Origin: Macrostomum lignano
Taxonomy: Eukaryota
Assembly: GCA_002269645.1 (NCBI GenBank)
Contig: NIVC01000670.1
Span: 62,001 to 126,000 of the forward strand
DNA length: 64,000 nucleotides
Direction of reading: 5' to 3'
A model generated the notes under the pieces. The model worked only from the letters and a program-made list of their open reading frames with translations. It searched no databases and was not told the origin of the DNA. This document shows positions 1 through 11,890 of this stretch, piece by piece. Numbering within the stretch: position 1 is the first letter of the stretch; each line of letters opens with the position of its first letter. The position numbers and the translations under genes are program-made.

Positions 1-700
1 GCAAGTGGATGCATATACATGTAGTCATTCGCGACTGTGCCACTCTCATCCAGTTGTCCGTTTGAACACTAGTGGTAGTAAGTATTGGACTGGCGCAGGT
101 AAGTGCCTGTTTGGCCAAGACGGACCGATCCCAGTTTTTCAGATCTAAGCTCAGAACTATGGTAAGTTCTGTGCATCTAAGCTTAATAAGAAGAATCTTG
201 AGGTAAAGCAAATTTAATGGTTGGCGAAATTTTGAAGTATTTGTCGAAAGAAGACAGAAAAATTATTAGTTTGCATAAAGTTTTTGGACAGATAATTTTG
301 GTATATACGCTCGTAGATTGAATAATTTTCATGTGCATTTTCTACTATTTTCAAAATGTCGTCAATACGTCAGTCTCGTATGGCCCGCGGCCCCCCCATA
401 ATATGATTTCCGGTATGTCAAATATGGTGTCAATTCTCTTTGTTGCTAGTGGAGTTCTATACCAATACAGTGTACACCATGACCATACCAATTCTGCGTT
501 ATTTCGATGTAAATTTAAGTTAGGTTCAAGACTATTGGGATGATTATCCTTATGCCTTATAGTGTAGGCGTAGGCGATAGGTGTAGCATAGGCAGGCCAA
601 AGAACATACATGCGCAACCCCCCTGATTTACACTGGCCATGCGACTTACTTTTTGACCAAAAATGCGACTTACCTGTAAAAGAAACCCTAACGCAATTTT

Positions 701-764
701 GGGTAAACGGCAAGAGTAACTATGACTGTCTTATAAGGTATAAATGCCTCGTCATCTAATTAGT
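701..764 (+). pseudogene. Degenerate 28S rRNA fragment spanning the R2 retrotransposon / I-PpoI target site
   Basis: GGGTAAACGGCaaGAGTAACTATGACTgTCTTatAAGGTAtAAATGCCTCGTCATCTAATTAGT aligns by eye to the conserved LSU segment GGGTAAACGGCGGGAGTAACTATGACTCTCTTAAGGTAGCCAAATGCCTCGTCATCTAATTAGT. The flanks do not resemble rRNA. Confidence 0.8.
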
Positions 765-2696
765 ACTATGTCTGTATTCTTCAGGCTGGGAATTTTTGCG
801 ACTTACCCCTGGTCCACCACAATTTACGGTGGCCAGATCGGCCAGGTCGGCCAGCAGTTGCGCATGTATGCCAAAGAAGCTTAGCATTCTTAACCTGGCC
901 TGGCTGCAGGCTACACTATAGCCATAGGTATAATACTGATACTGAATCATGCTTACTGATGAATATAGGGCCTAATGTATTCCGTCACAATGATTTAGGA
1001 ATTAGGATTAATGAAACAGGCTGATAAATTTCAATCAATTACATTTAACATCAATATAGGCCTATGCCTATTATGTTAGGGCAGTTAGGCATATAGGCCC
1101 CTAGGCCTATCAACACCAACAAAGTTTTGGAACTCTCATTTTTCTTATAAATAGGCATCTATTCTTGAGACTCCTAGTTCTAGGCCTAGTCCTAATTAAG
1201 ACAGTTTGGTGATATATGCCTATATAATTAATTGGCAAATGTAAAAGTGCATGTTTAATTATTTTTCAACTTAAATGAACACAAAAAGTGTGTTTATTGT
1301 GATAGGAAAGACATTTAAAAACACAAAACTGTAAAATCCATATTACAGAGCTCTTGGGCTTGACATAACTGCCTTGGGGTGCTCACCTTGACTATGGTCA
1401 CTTTATTATCTTAATTAATGCACTACTTTAAGAAAGTCATTTTGTCATCTACCAATCATATTAGTTCCAACTTCAAGCAAATTAATGTTACAATCAAACA
1501 TATTTACTGGTTACTTTGAATCCTGATAATCCCAGATTCCCAGTCATTTTGTTATCTTGATTGATAAAACCTATCAATTGACCAGTTCTACTTGCCACAG
1601 CCCACAGATTAGGCCTATTGTATATACTAGGGGCCTAACAAAAATAATTTACACTAACTCAAATCTCACACATGTTGATTGGTTGATAACAAAGTATCTA
1701 GCATAAATAAATATTTGGTCACTTCATCATATTATTTTTTGAGCTAACTTTGTTTTTAGTCACTTTGTCATCTAATATGATAAAATGGAATATGATTATT
1801 TGACATTCTGACCAGTGACTAGTAGATGTCTAGCCATGTGTCTCCTATCATATTAAATACACTTAGGTATTCATTTATATAGAAAAATAATTAAATGTGC
1901 ATTGTGCATTTCTTTACAATTGCTAGCCTAGTAAATTTTTTGTTAATTGTATAATAGGCCTATTCATTATTATTTAGCTATTTAGCTATTATTATCAATA
2001 TTAGAATAAGGCAAGGCAATTATTAGCATTATAAGAATATCCTTTTTTCTGAAAGTTATTTATGTTAAATTAAATATTTTATTACTAACCTAGATAATAT
2101 GCATGCATATCAAAACTTCAAAACTTCTATAAATTCAATGTAGAGGCTAGGTCATTTCATGGATAGGGGCCTAGCAATGGCTAAAGTTTTAGCACTGGAA
2201 CCCATTTTCTAATGGCTAGGCTTATGGATCTAGCAGTCTTTTGCATATAATTAATTATCTACTAATAAAGTCTAAACATTAGAAATATCTTGTTTTGAAT
2301 CTCATTATTTTGTTTTTAGGTTATCTTGAACAAAATCCCAATATCAACCACTGGTTAAAAAAGTAAAATGTTTATTGCTATATTATACCTATAAATTGCA
2401 TTACTAGAATAGGCCTACCCTATTGCCAGATTCATAGCTATTAGAAAATAGGTTCCAATACTGGAACTCTAGCCATTGCCCTTATGGATAGGCCTTACAG
2501 GCCTTACAATTTTGTTTTGCAACTTTCAACTTACCTAATCCTGATGTCACCTTATATAAATTGGTTTATTTTTATTCTTTCTATTTCATTGTTTTATATT
2601 TTATATTTTAAGATCCCTATATTACTTTTTCTTTTTCTTTTTGTCTTTTTATTGTCTTTTTTCTTTTCATACTTTGTCTTTATTACATATTGTATT

Positions 2697-4377
2697 ATAA
2701 ATAAAGGTCAATATCAACATTGAGTATTAGTTACTTATTTGAGTTGCCAATGCATTTTGTCCAATATTGGACATCTTTGGGTCGAAATTTATTTTAACCA
2801 AATTATTTAATGCAAACAGTATATATAGTGAGTGGAGAAAAGTATAAAAGTACATATAATTTTGATGGTTCAAAAGCAATTGAATTAATGTACACCATTG
2901 AATTGAATTGAATTAATTGAAAGTGGAAGCATTATTGGTAGGGGGAGAGTGCATGTTGGTTTCATTTCAGTCCGGTTATTAGCAAGGTAAACTAAAATAT
3001 GCAAAGTTGACAGCTAGCCCCACCTATTGCAAGTTGATTATTTAATGTGGGCTGTCTCGTTTTAATGTACAGGGCTTCTAATAGGCAGAGCATGTGATCT
3101 CTATTGCAAAAATCAATAGCCTTAATCATCTTGTGTGGGTTAGCATCACAATAACTGTTGCAAGTTAGCAGGTTGAAAAGCAACCTTTTCAGTGCAAAAC
3201 ACAACATGGATTTGAGTGTTCAAGTCTTAATAGAACAGCTTTTCAATCTTTTTTTGAACTCAATAAAACAAACCCCAAATAAAGGTAAAGTGATCAAGGG
3301 ACAATCAAAGGTGGATTCACAAACTTTCATCTGAGTAGGTTCAGTCAGTTTGTCATTGAGAAAAGTGTTAACAATTTTCAATACAAAGTTCCTAGGGTAG
3401 CCATTGTAGCTAAGCAAGTTGGTGAGGATTTCAACTTCATTGTGAAAGAGCCTCCAGGAACTGCAGATGGAAAAGGCCTGGTGAAGAAAGCAGCAAACCA
3501 ATCCAACTTTCCATTGTCTAGGGCACAGGGCATCAAACCTAAGCATAAGCCCGGTAAAGCTAGGTTTCCTAAACATACTGATAGAAATAGTTTCATTGGT
3601 GGCATCAACATCAATGTCTAAGAAAGGAAGTCTTCTGCCTCTACCTTCCACCATAAATTTGATATTCTCATGAGTAGAATTGATAATGTTGAAAAACTCA
3701 TTCTTTGTAGTTTTGTCCTCAAAGATTGCAAATGTGTTATCCATGTAGTATTTGTAAAAGCAAGGCGCATATATGAGGGACATCCAGTCCTTTTCCCAAT
3801 GAGCCATGCACAAATTATCAAGGGTTAGGGCAAGAGGACTGCCCATGGCACAATTATCAATCTGTCTATAATATTTGTCCCAAAAAAGAAAAATGCTAGA
3901 GGTGGCGAATTTAAGCATCTTCTTAAAAGTGGCTTTCAAGAATGGAAGTGGATTGGCTTTTTCATACACAAGATCAGCAGCAAGCTCAATGGTGAATTCA
4001 AGACAGATGTTGGTAAACAGAGAAACAACATCAAAGCTATAAAGCCTATTAGTTTGATTAGTTGTGGTGTTGCTAAGACTCTCAATAAACTGTTTATTGG
4101 ATTCCACACAGTGCTCAGAAGGAATGACAGGTTTAATTACAAGATTAATTTCATAAATTGTCAAGGAATTTGGCTAGCTCATATTTCAAAGTAAGTGAGC
4201 TAAAATTACATGTACTTTCATACTTCTCTCCACTCACTATATATACTCATACTGTTTGCATTAAATAATTTAGTTCAAATAAAGTTTTTGACCCTGAAGA
4301 TGTCTAATATTAGACAAAATACATTGGCAATTCAAATAAATAACTGATACTTAATGTTGATATTGAGCTTTATTTAT
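2697..4377 (-). mobile_element. Decayed Penelope-like retroelement (RT plus GIY-YIG remnant) flanked by inverted pseudo-LTRs
   Basis: ORF 4164-3220 has PLE RT motifs SFDVVSLFTNI, YRQIDNCAMGSPLALTLDNLCM, YKYYMDNTF (decayed RYVDD) and LPFLDI..FRKPSFTG. ORF 3207-2992 has the GIY-YIG C-terminal motif LEALYIKTRQPTLN. About 170-bp inverted repeats lie at 2697-2863 and 4202-4377. Confidence 0.9.
4280..4330 (+). ncRNA. Degenerate hammerhead ribozyme core in the PLE pLTR (second copy on the - strand at about 2745-2790)
   Basis: CTGAAGA followed by hairpin TGTCTAATATTAGACA, then AAA in place of GAAA. Hammerheads are an established feature of PLE pLTRs. Stems I and III could not be resolved. Confidence 0.5.
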
Positions 4378-5353
4378 CTACTTTTCATTAAGTAAGCCAC
4401 TTTACTTGATTAATATTATATTATTTTTTTTAATTGTTAAATTTGCATATTTATCCTTGGTTTATTTTTTTAAATGTATACCAATTGGATTAGCTAGGCT
4501 AGATAGCAACTGAAAAGCCAAATGTGTTTTTAAAAATTTGCATGGCTCTTAGACTAATAGTTGATGGCCAATGTACTATTTGCCTACCAATGTAAAATAA
4601 TCAATATAATTATTAATATATATAGGTCTCTACTATTACTAAAAAGGGAAAACAAGTGATATTAGATACAGAGTCTAAACCTTTATTGCATAGGCTATAT
4701 AATATAAGTAAAATAAGAACTCAGTGTAAATTAATGTATTAATGTAAATTAATTATCAATAACAATGCTATTAAAATTTTATATAAAGTATAGGTCTAGC
4801 CTAGTTTAGCAAAATAATATAAAATATAAAAATTTAAGCCAAAAATCCTTGTATATTGCTTATTTTCTACTATTAAATCTATACTTTTATTCTTATTTAG
4901 ATAAAAATGCTAAATGCTATTGTTACTTGAAGTTAAATTAGTGATTAGTGTAGGCTATAATCTATAATCAATTGATAAACTTTATAATATACCAAATACT
5001 ACTTTAGATTTAGACCTAGCTTATAATATTGCCCAGAAAGAATTTTATCAATTCATACCTTAGTATCAGTTTTCTTACACTCTGTTTTTAGAAAATAGAT
5101 ATGAAAATAAAAGATAGAATTGTAAGATTTTAGTGTATTTTGTAAATATAAATATTAGCTAATTTTGTTTAAATCTTAAGATATAACAATAAATCACTCA
5201 ATAAAGGCAACAGATAATGTTAAGATAAAATGTTTGTCTTGAACAAAAATATGGCATTCTCTGACACAAAAATTTAAGCACTTCAGCACTACTGCCACTA
5301 TAATATACCACTTGTACCATTTTACAGAACCTTACTGCCTAGCAACAGTTACC

Positions 5354-7005
5354 ATGCAAACTGAAGCATACAATGCCACCACTACCACAACAACGCGTCA
5401 GGAAGGACCAGGCGTTAGCTTGGACCCAGAATTCCCCAAGACTATTATGGGTATCCTTATGATTATTGCCTCCGTTATGGGGCTCATACTGATCATCTGC
5501 GGTTCCATCTATCCGTGGTCTGGCCATGGCGGCGGTTTCATTGTCTTTATTGGCATACTGGCGATGTTCGGCACTGGCGCCCTGTTTGCAATTTACTTGC
5601 TGCGCGTGGTGCCCCGCGTTCCCGGCCCGTTCGGCCTCATTGTGAGTTCCTTGGATTGTTGTTGTGCTCTAATTGTCCCCCGCCCCCCCCCCTCACAGGG
5701 CTATCGCTGTGTCCTTAGTGTCCCCCTCAGAGGGCCATTGCTGTGTTCTCAATGTCTCCCCTCCGAGGGCTATTGCTATATTCTCTACGTGTATTCTCTT
5801 CCTCTCAGTAAGATTATTGGCTAATTAAAAAATATTTGTTCGCAGATGCTGATCTACCTGCTCGTGCTGAGCGTGCTGGCTCTGATCGGCCTGATTGTCG
5901 CTGCCGTTAATGGCGTGAGCTGGGGCGCCGCCATCGCCAGTGCTGTATGCTATTGCTTTATTTGCTTGTGTTATCATAAGAGAATCAGTTCAGCTAAACA
6001 GAGTGAACTGCTGCTTTCAGCAACTGGAAACATATTCAGATAAATACTTGAATTAGATACACATTTAATATAATTTTTTCAAATCGCACATCTTAACACT
6101 AGATTAGAGATCTAGGCATTCAAACCCAATGGATATGTGGTACAACACAGGAATCCCGGATCTACACAACAAATTGCGGGATCTAAATATTGGAATCCAG
6201 GATCTAGCCAGTGGATTGCGGGATCTAAAAATTGAAATCCAGAATCTAGCCAATGGAATCCAGAATCTAGCCAGTGGAATCCGGAATCTAGACATTGGAA
6301 TCCAGGATCTAGCCAGTGGAATCCGGAATCTAGACATTGGAATCCGGAATCTAGACATTGGAATCCAGGATCTAGACATTACAATCCAGGATCTAGACAT
6401 TGGAAATCAGGATCTAGACATTAAAATACAGAATCTAGATGTTGCAATACTAGGATCTAGACATTGCAATCCAGGATTTAGACATTACAATTCAAGATCT
6501 AGACATTAGATTTCAGGTTCTAGACATTGCAGTCCAGGATCTAAACATTGCAATCCAGGATCTAGACATTGGAATCTAGAATCTAGAAATTGCAATCCAG
6601 GATCTAGACATTAGAATCTAATATGTAAAATTCTTCTGTAATGGACGTCTAGATTAACATAATCCAGTATTATAATATTACATTAGATTACATATTAGAT
6701 TACAATTATAATTAGCAATAGTCACCCAATATTCAAGAAAATCACTGCTAGCAAACCGCACACTCCAGGTGTTCTGCGTCCCAGCGCTCGGGCTACACAT
6801 CGCTATCGGGTATTTCATGTTTTTAAAATGGCGCCAACCCGGCGGCGCTCTCAATCACGAGTTTCATCGGGGCGAGTGCGGCCACGCCTACCGCACCGAG
6901 CACAGCACCACCTCGGCCACCGTTAGCGGCGGCGGTGGCGGCGGTGCGGCTTATCCCGCCTCTGAGCACCGCATGGAGGCTCCGCCAGCCTACGGAAATT
7001 ATTAA
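5354..7005 (+). CDS. Four-transmembrane MARVEL-like (CMTM/plasmolipin-type) protein, about 207 aa, 3 exons
   Basis: Exons 5354-5641 (ATT|GTGAGT), 5846-5944 (CGCAG|ATG; GCT|GTATGC) and 6769-7005 (CTCCAG|GTG..TAA) all join in phase 0. There are four hydrophobic segments and a C-terminal PPAY motif. The family call rests on topology only. Confidence 0.75.
6148..6620. repeat. 21-bp minisatellite (GGAATCCAGGATCTAGACATT-like) in intron 2 of the MARVEL-like gene
   Basis: Tandem imperfect 21-bp units; these generate the 7-aa periodic ORFs 6129-6509 and 6104-6400. Confidence 0.9.
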
Positions 7006-7169
7006 ACTAACAGCTATATTCGTCTGTTATGTACTTTTAATATGCGAACTCGCGACTGGCTTCCATGAGACAGTGTCTGCCAAGCTGTTGTTGCTAATGT
7101 TCAACTTTTAAGCCAAAGTTAACTTTTTTAAATATTGACCTAGCTATATAAAGTTATCTACCGGTACAG

Positions 7170-9180
7170 ACAGATCTATTCCCATATTAGAGATAGATCT
7201 ATTCCCATATCAGAGACAGATCTATTCCCATATCAGAGACAGATCTATTCCCATATCAGAGACAGATCTATTCCCATATCAGAGACAGACCTATGCCCAT
7301 ATTAGAGACAGATCTACTCCCACATTGAGAGATAGATCTACTCCCACATTGAGAGACAGATTTACTCCCATATCAGAGACAGATCTATTCCCATATTAGA
7401 GATAGATCTATTCCCATATCAGAGACAGACCTATTCCCATATCAGAGACAGATCTATTCCCATATCAGAGACAGATCTATTCCCATATTAGAGATAGATC
7501 TATTCCCATATCAGAGACAGATCTATTCCCATATTAGAGACAGATCTATTCCCATATTAGAGACAGATCTATTCCCATATCAGAGACAGACCTATGCCCA
7601 TATTAGAGACAGATCTATTCCCATATCAGAGACAGATCTATTCCCATATCAGAGACAGATCTATTCCCATATCAGAGATAGATCTATTCCCATATCAGAG
7701 ACAGATCTATTCCCATATCAGAGACAGATCTATTCCCATATTAGAGACAGACCTATGCCCATATTAGAGATAGATCTATTCCCATATCAGAGACAGATCT
7801 ATTCCCATATCAGAGACAGACCTATGCCCATATCAGAGACAGATCTATTCCCATATCAGAGACAGCCCTATGCCCATATTAGAGATAGATCTATTCCCAT
7901 ATCAGAGACAGATCTATTCCCATATCAGAGACAGACCTATGCCCATATCAGAGACAGATCTATTCCCATATCAGAGACAGCCCTATGCCCATATTAGAGA
8001 TAGATCTATTCCCATATCAGAGACAGATCTATTCCCATATCAGAGACAGACCTATGCCCATATCAGAGACAGATCTATTCCCATATCAGAGACAGACCTA
8101 TGCCCATATTAGAGATAGATCTATTCCCATATCAGAGACAGATCTATTCCCATATCAGAGACAGATCTATTCCCATATCAGAGACAGATCTATTCCCATA
8201 TCAGAGACAGACCTATGCCCATATTAGAGACAGATCTATTCCCATATCAGAGACAGATCTATTCCCATATCAGATACAGATCTATTCCCATATCAGAGAC
8301 AGATCTATTCCCATATCAGAGACAGATCTATTCCCATATCAGAGACAGACCTATGCCCATATTAGAGACAGATCTATTCCCATATCAGAGACAGATCTAT
8401 TCCCATATCAGAGACAGATCTATTCCCATATCAGAGACAGACCTATGCCCATATTAGAGACAGATCTACTCCCACATTGAGAGATAGATCTACTCCCACA
8501 TTGAGAGACAGATTTACTCCCATATCAGAGACAGATCTATTCCCATATTAGAGACAGATCTACTTCCACATTAGAGACAGATTTACTCCCATATCAGGGA
8601 CAGATCTACTCCCACATTGAGAGACAGATCTACTCCCACATTGAGAGACAGATCTACTCCCACATTGAGAGACAGATCTATTCCCATATTAGAGACAGAT
8701 CTACTCCCACATTAGAGACAGATTTACTCCCATATCAGAGACAGATCTACTCCCACATTGAGAGACAGATCTACTCCCACATTGAGAGACAGATCTACTC
8801 CCACATTGAGAGACAGATCTACTCCCACATTGAGAGACAGATCTATTCCCATATTAGAGACAGATCTACTCCCACATTAGAGACAGATTTACTCCCATAT
8901 CAGAGACAGATCTACTCCCACATTGAGAGACAGATCTACTCCCACATTGAGAGACAGATCTACTCCCACATTGAGAGACAGATCTATTCCCATATTAGAG
9001 ACAGATCTACTCCCACATCAGAGACAGATCTACTCCCACATTGAGAGACAGACTACTCCCACATTGAGAGACAGATCTACTCCCACATTGAGAGACAGAT
9101 CTATTCCCATATTAGAGACAGATCTACTCCCACATTAGAGACAGATTTACTCCCATATCAGGGACAGATCTACTCCCATA
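7170..9180. repeat. 23-bp minisatellite (GAGACAGATCTATTCCCATATCA) with 115-bp higher-order structure
   Basis: Tandem units are visible directly. Near-identical ORFs start at 7755, 7870, 7985, 8100 and 8215, a period of 115 = 5 x 23. Confidence 0.95.
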
Positions 9181-10063
9181 TTTGACAATTTTCCCCATAC
9201 TCTAAATTGGTAAATTGGTTAATCAACCTACTAATATATTTAGTGTTTTATATGCAATTTTATTTATCTATTTGTACAATGGCCAGTTACTATTAGTAGT
9301 TTACGCTTCATTGTTAATCACCAGGTAAAAAACCGTTTATTTGTCACTTATTTACCCTGTCAGTACATGTTTTCATCCAGCTGGCACCGATTTTTACCTG
9401 TGTCAATTTGTCCATTTCACTGTCTGGCAATTTTTTGTAATTTTTCGAATTCTATTCTATCATCAGCTTGTTGCTCGCTCGCTTGACCAACGAACTATAG
9501 TTGCTAAGCTAATCCGCATTCCAATAACTTTATGTGCCTGTAAGAATGACATTGAAGAGGTTGATTAGATCGTTTTTTTCATATCGGAATCTCTCAAATG
9601 TTGAAGACCGAAATTTTACATCTGTTGGCGAACGACGTCTCTCTAGTTGCAGTGAATTAAGTTTGTATACATGTATTAGTGGCTTTATTATAATTATACT
9701 GCTACATTCTTATAACCTCTCTCTGCTTACTGCAGCACTTTATTTTTATTAGTAATTTGCTTTTTTGCTACTTTTATCCAAAATATAGCTAATGTGCCAT
9801 CATGTAAATTTGTGTCTTTATAAAGCTTATAATTTTTTTCGCTTTGTGTTTTTTCCTATCCCCACTTGATCCTGTTTTATTCCATAATAGGAAATTTCAC
9901 TGCCTTCAGAATTATGCCTGCTTGCGTTTGGCTATTCAAAACTGCTGGCTAAATTAATATTGATAACAGTATGGAATAATGCTTCATTAGTATCAGTCAA
10001 CTTGATGACGATTTCAGGTGTGACAAAACCGCCATCCCATATCTAAACCTTCGGGTCACCACG

Positions 10064-11890
10064 ACCATGTCCTCAAAGTCACCACCATATCCTCAAAGTC
10101 ACCACCAAATCCTCAAAGTCACCACCATATCCTCAAAGTCACAACCATATCCTCAAAGTCACCACCAAATCCTCAAAGTCACCACCAAATCCTCAAAGTC
10201 ACCACCATATCCTCAAAGTCACCACCATATCCTCAAAGTCACAACCATATCCTCAAAGTCACCACCAAATCCTCAAAGTCACCACCATATCCTCAAAGTC
10301 ACCACCATATCCTCAAAGTCACCACCATATCCTCAAAGTCACCACCATATCCTCAAAGTCACCACCATATCCTCAAAGTCACCACCAAATCCTCAAAGTC
10401 ACCACCATATCCTCAAAGTCACAACCATATCCTCAAAGTCACCACCAAATCCTCAAAGTCACCACCATATCCTTAAAGTCACCACCAAATCCTCAAAGTC
10501 ACCACCATATCCTCAAAGTCACAACCATATCCTCAAAGTCACCACCATATCCTCAAAGTCACCACCAAATCCTCAAAGTCACCACCATATCCTCAAAGTC
10601 ACAACCATATCCTCAAAGTCACCACCAAATCCTCAAAGTCACCACCATATCCTCAAAGTCACAACCATATCCTCAAAGTCACCACCAAATCCTCAAAGTC
10701 ACCACCATATCCTCAAAGTCACCACCAAATCCTCAAAGTCACCACCATATCCTCAAAGTCACAACCATATCCTCAAAGTCACCACCAAATCCTCAAAGTC
10801 ACCACCATATCCTCAAAGTCACCACCAAATCCTCAAAGTCACCACCATATCCTCAAAGTCACCACCATATCCTCAAAGTCACAACCATATCCTCAAAGTC
10901 ACCACCAAATCCTCAAAGTCACCACCATATCCTCAAAGTCACCACCATATCCTCAAAGTCACAACCATATCCTCAAAGTCGCCACCAAATCCTCAAAGTC
11001 ACAACCATATCTTTAAAGTCACCACCATTTCCTCAAAGTCACCACCATTTCCTCAAAGTCAACCATATCCTCAAAGTCACCACCATTTCCTCAAAGTCAC
11101 AGCCATATCCTCAAACTCACAACCATGTCCTCAAAGTCACCACCATATCCTCAAAGTCACCACCATATCCTCAAAGTCACAACCATATCCTCAAAGTCAC
11201 CACCAAATCCTCAAAGTCACCACCATATCCTCAAAGTCACCACCATATCCTCAAAGTCACCACCATATCCTCAAAGTCACCACCAAATCCTCAAAGTCAC
11301 CACCAAATCCTCAAAGTCACAACCATATCTTTAAAGTCACCACCATTTCCTCAAAGTCAACCATATCCTCAAAGTCACCACCATTTCCTCAAAGTCAACC
11401 ATATCCTCAAAGTCACCACCATTTCCTCAAAGTCAAACATATCCTCAAACTCACAACTATATTCTCAAAGTCACCGCCATATCCTCAAAGTCACAGCCAT
11501 ATCCTCAAAGTCACAGCCATATCCTCAAAGTCACAGCCATATCCGCAAAGTCACAGCCATATCCGCAAAGTCACAGCCATATCCTCAAAGTCACAACCAT
11601 ATCTTTAAAGTCACCACCATTTCCTCAAAGTCAACCATATCCTCAAAGTCCCCACCATTTCCTCAAAGTCAAACATATCCTCAAAGTCACAACCATATCC
11701 TCAAACTCACAACTATATTCTCAAAGTCACAGCCATATCCTCAAAGTCACAGCCATATCCTCAAACTCACAACCATGTCCTCAAAGTCACAGCCCTATCC
11801 TCAAACTCACAACTATATTCTCAAAGTCTCAGCCAAATCCTCAAAGTCACAGCCATCAAAGTCACAACCATATCCGCAAAGTCACAGCCA
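10064..11890. repeat. 20-bp minisatellite (CACCACCATATCCTCAAAGT)
   Basis: Tandem units that degenerate toward the right end; source of the 513-aa repetitive ORF. Confidence 0.95.

Noticed and set aside
99-210. Cluster of donor-like sites and a possible 44-nt intron (GTAAGT..TTTTCAG)
   Set aside because: No recognisable coding frame or gene context within the window.
6129-6509. Heptad ORF resembling a coiled-coil protein
   Set aside because: It is the translation of a 21-bp intronic minisatellite.
10067-11608. 513-aa His/Ser/Pro-rich ORF
   Set aside because: It results from a 20-bp tandem repeat lacking stops in that frame; there is no unique sequence or splice context.
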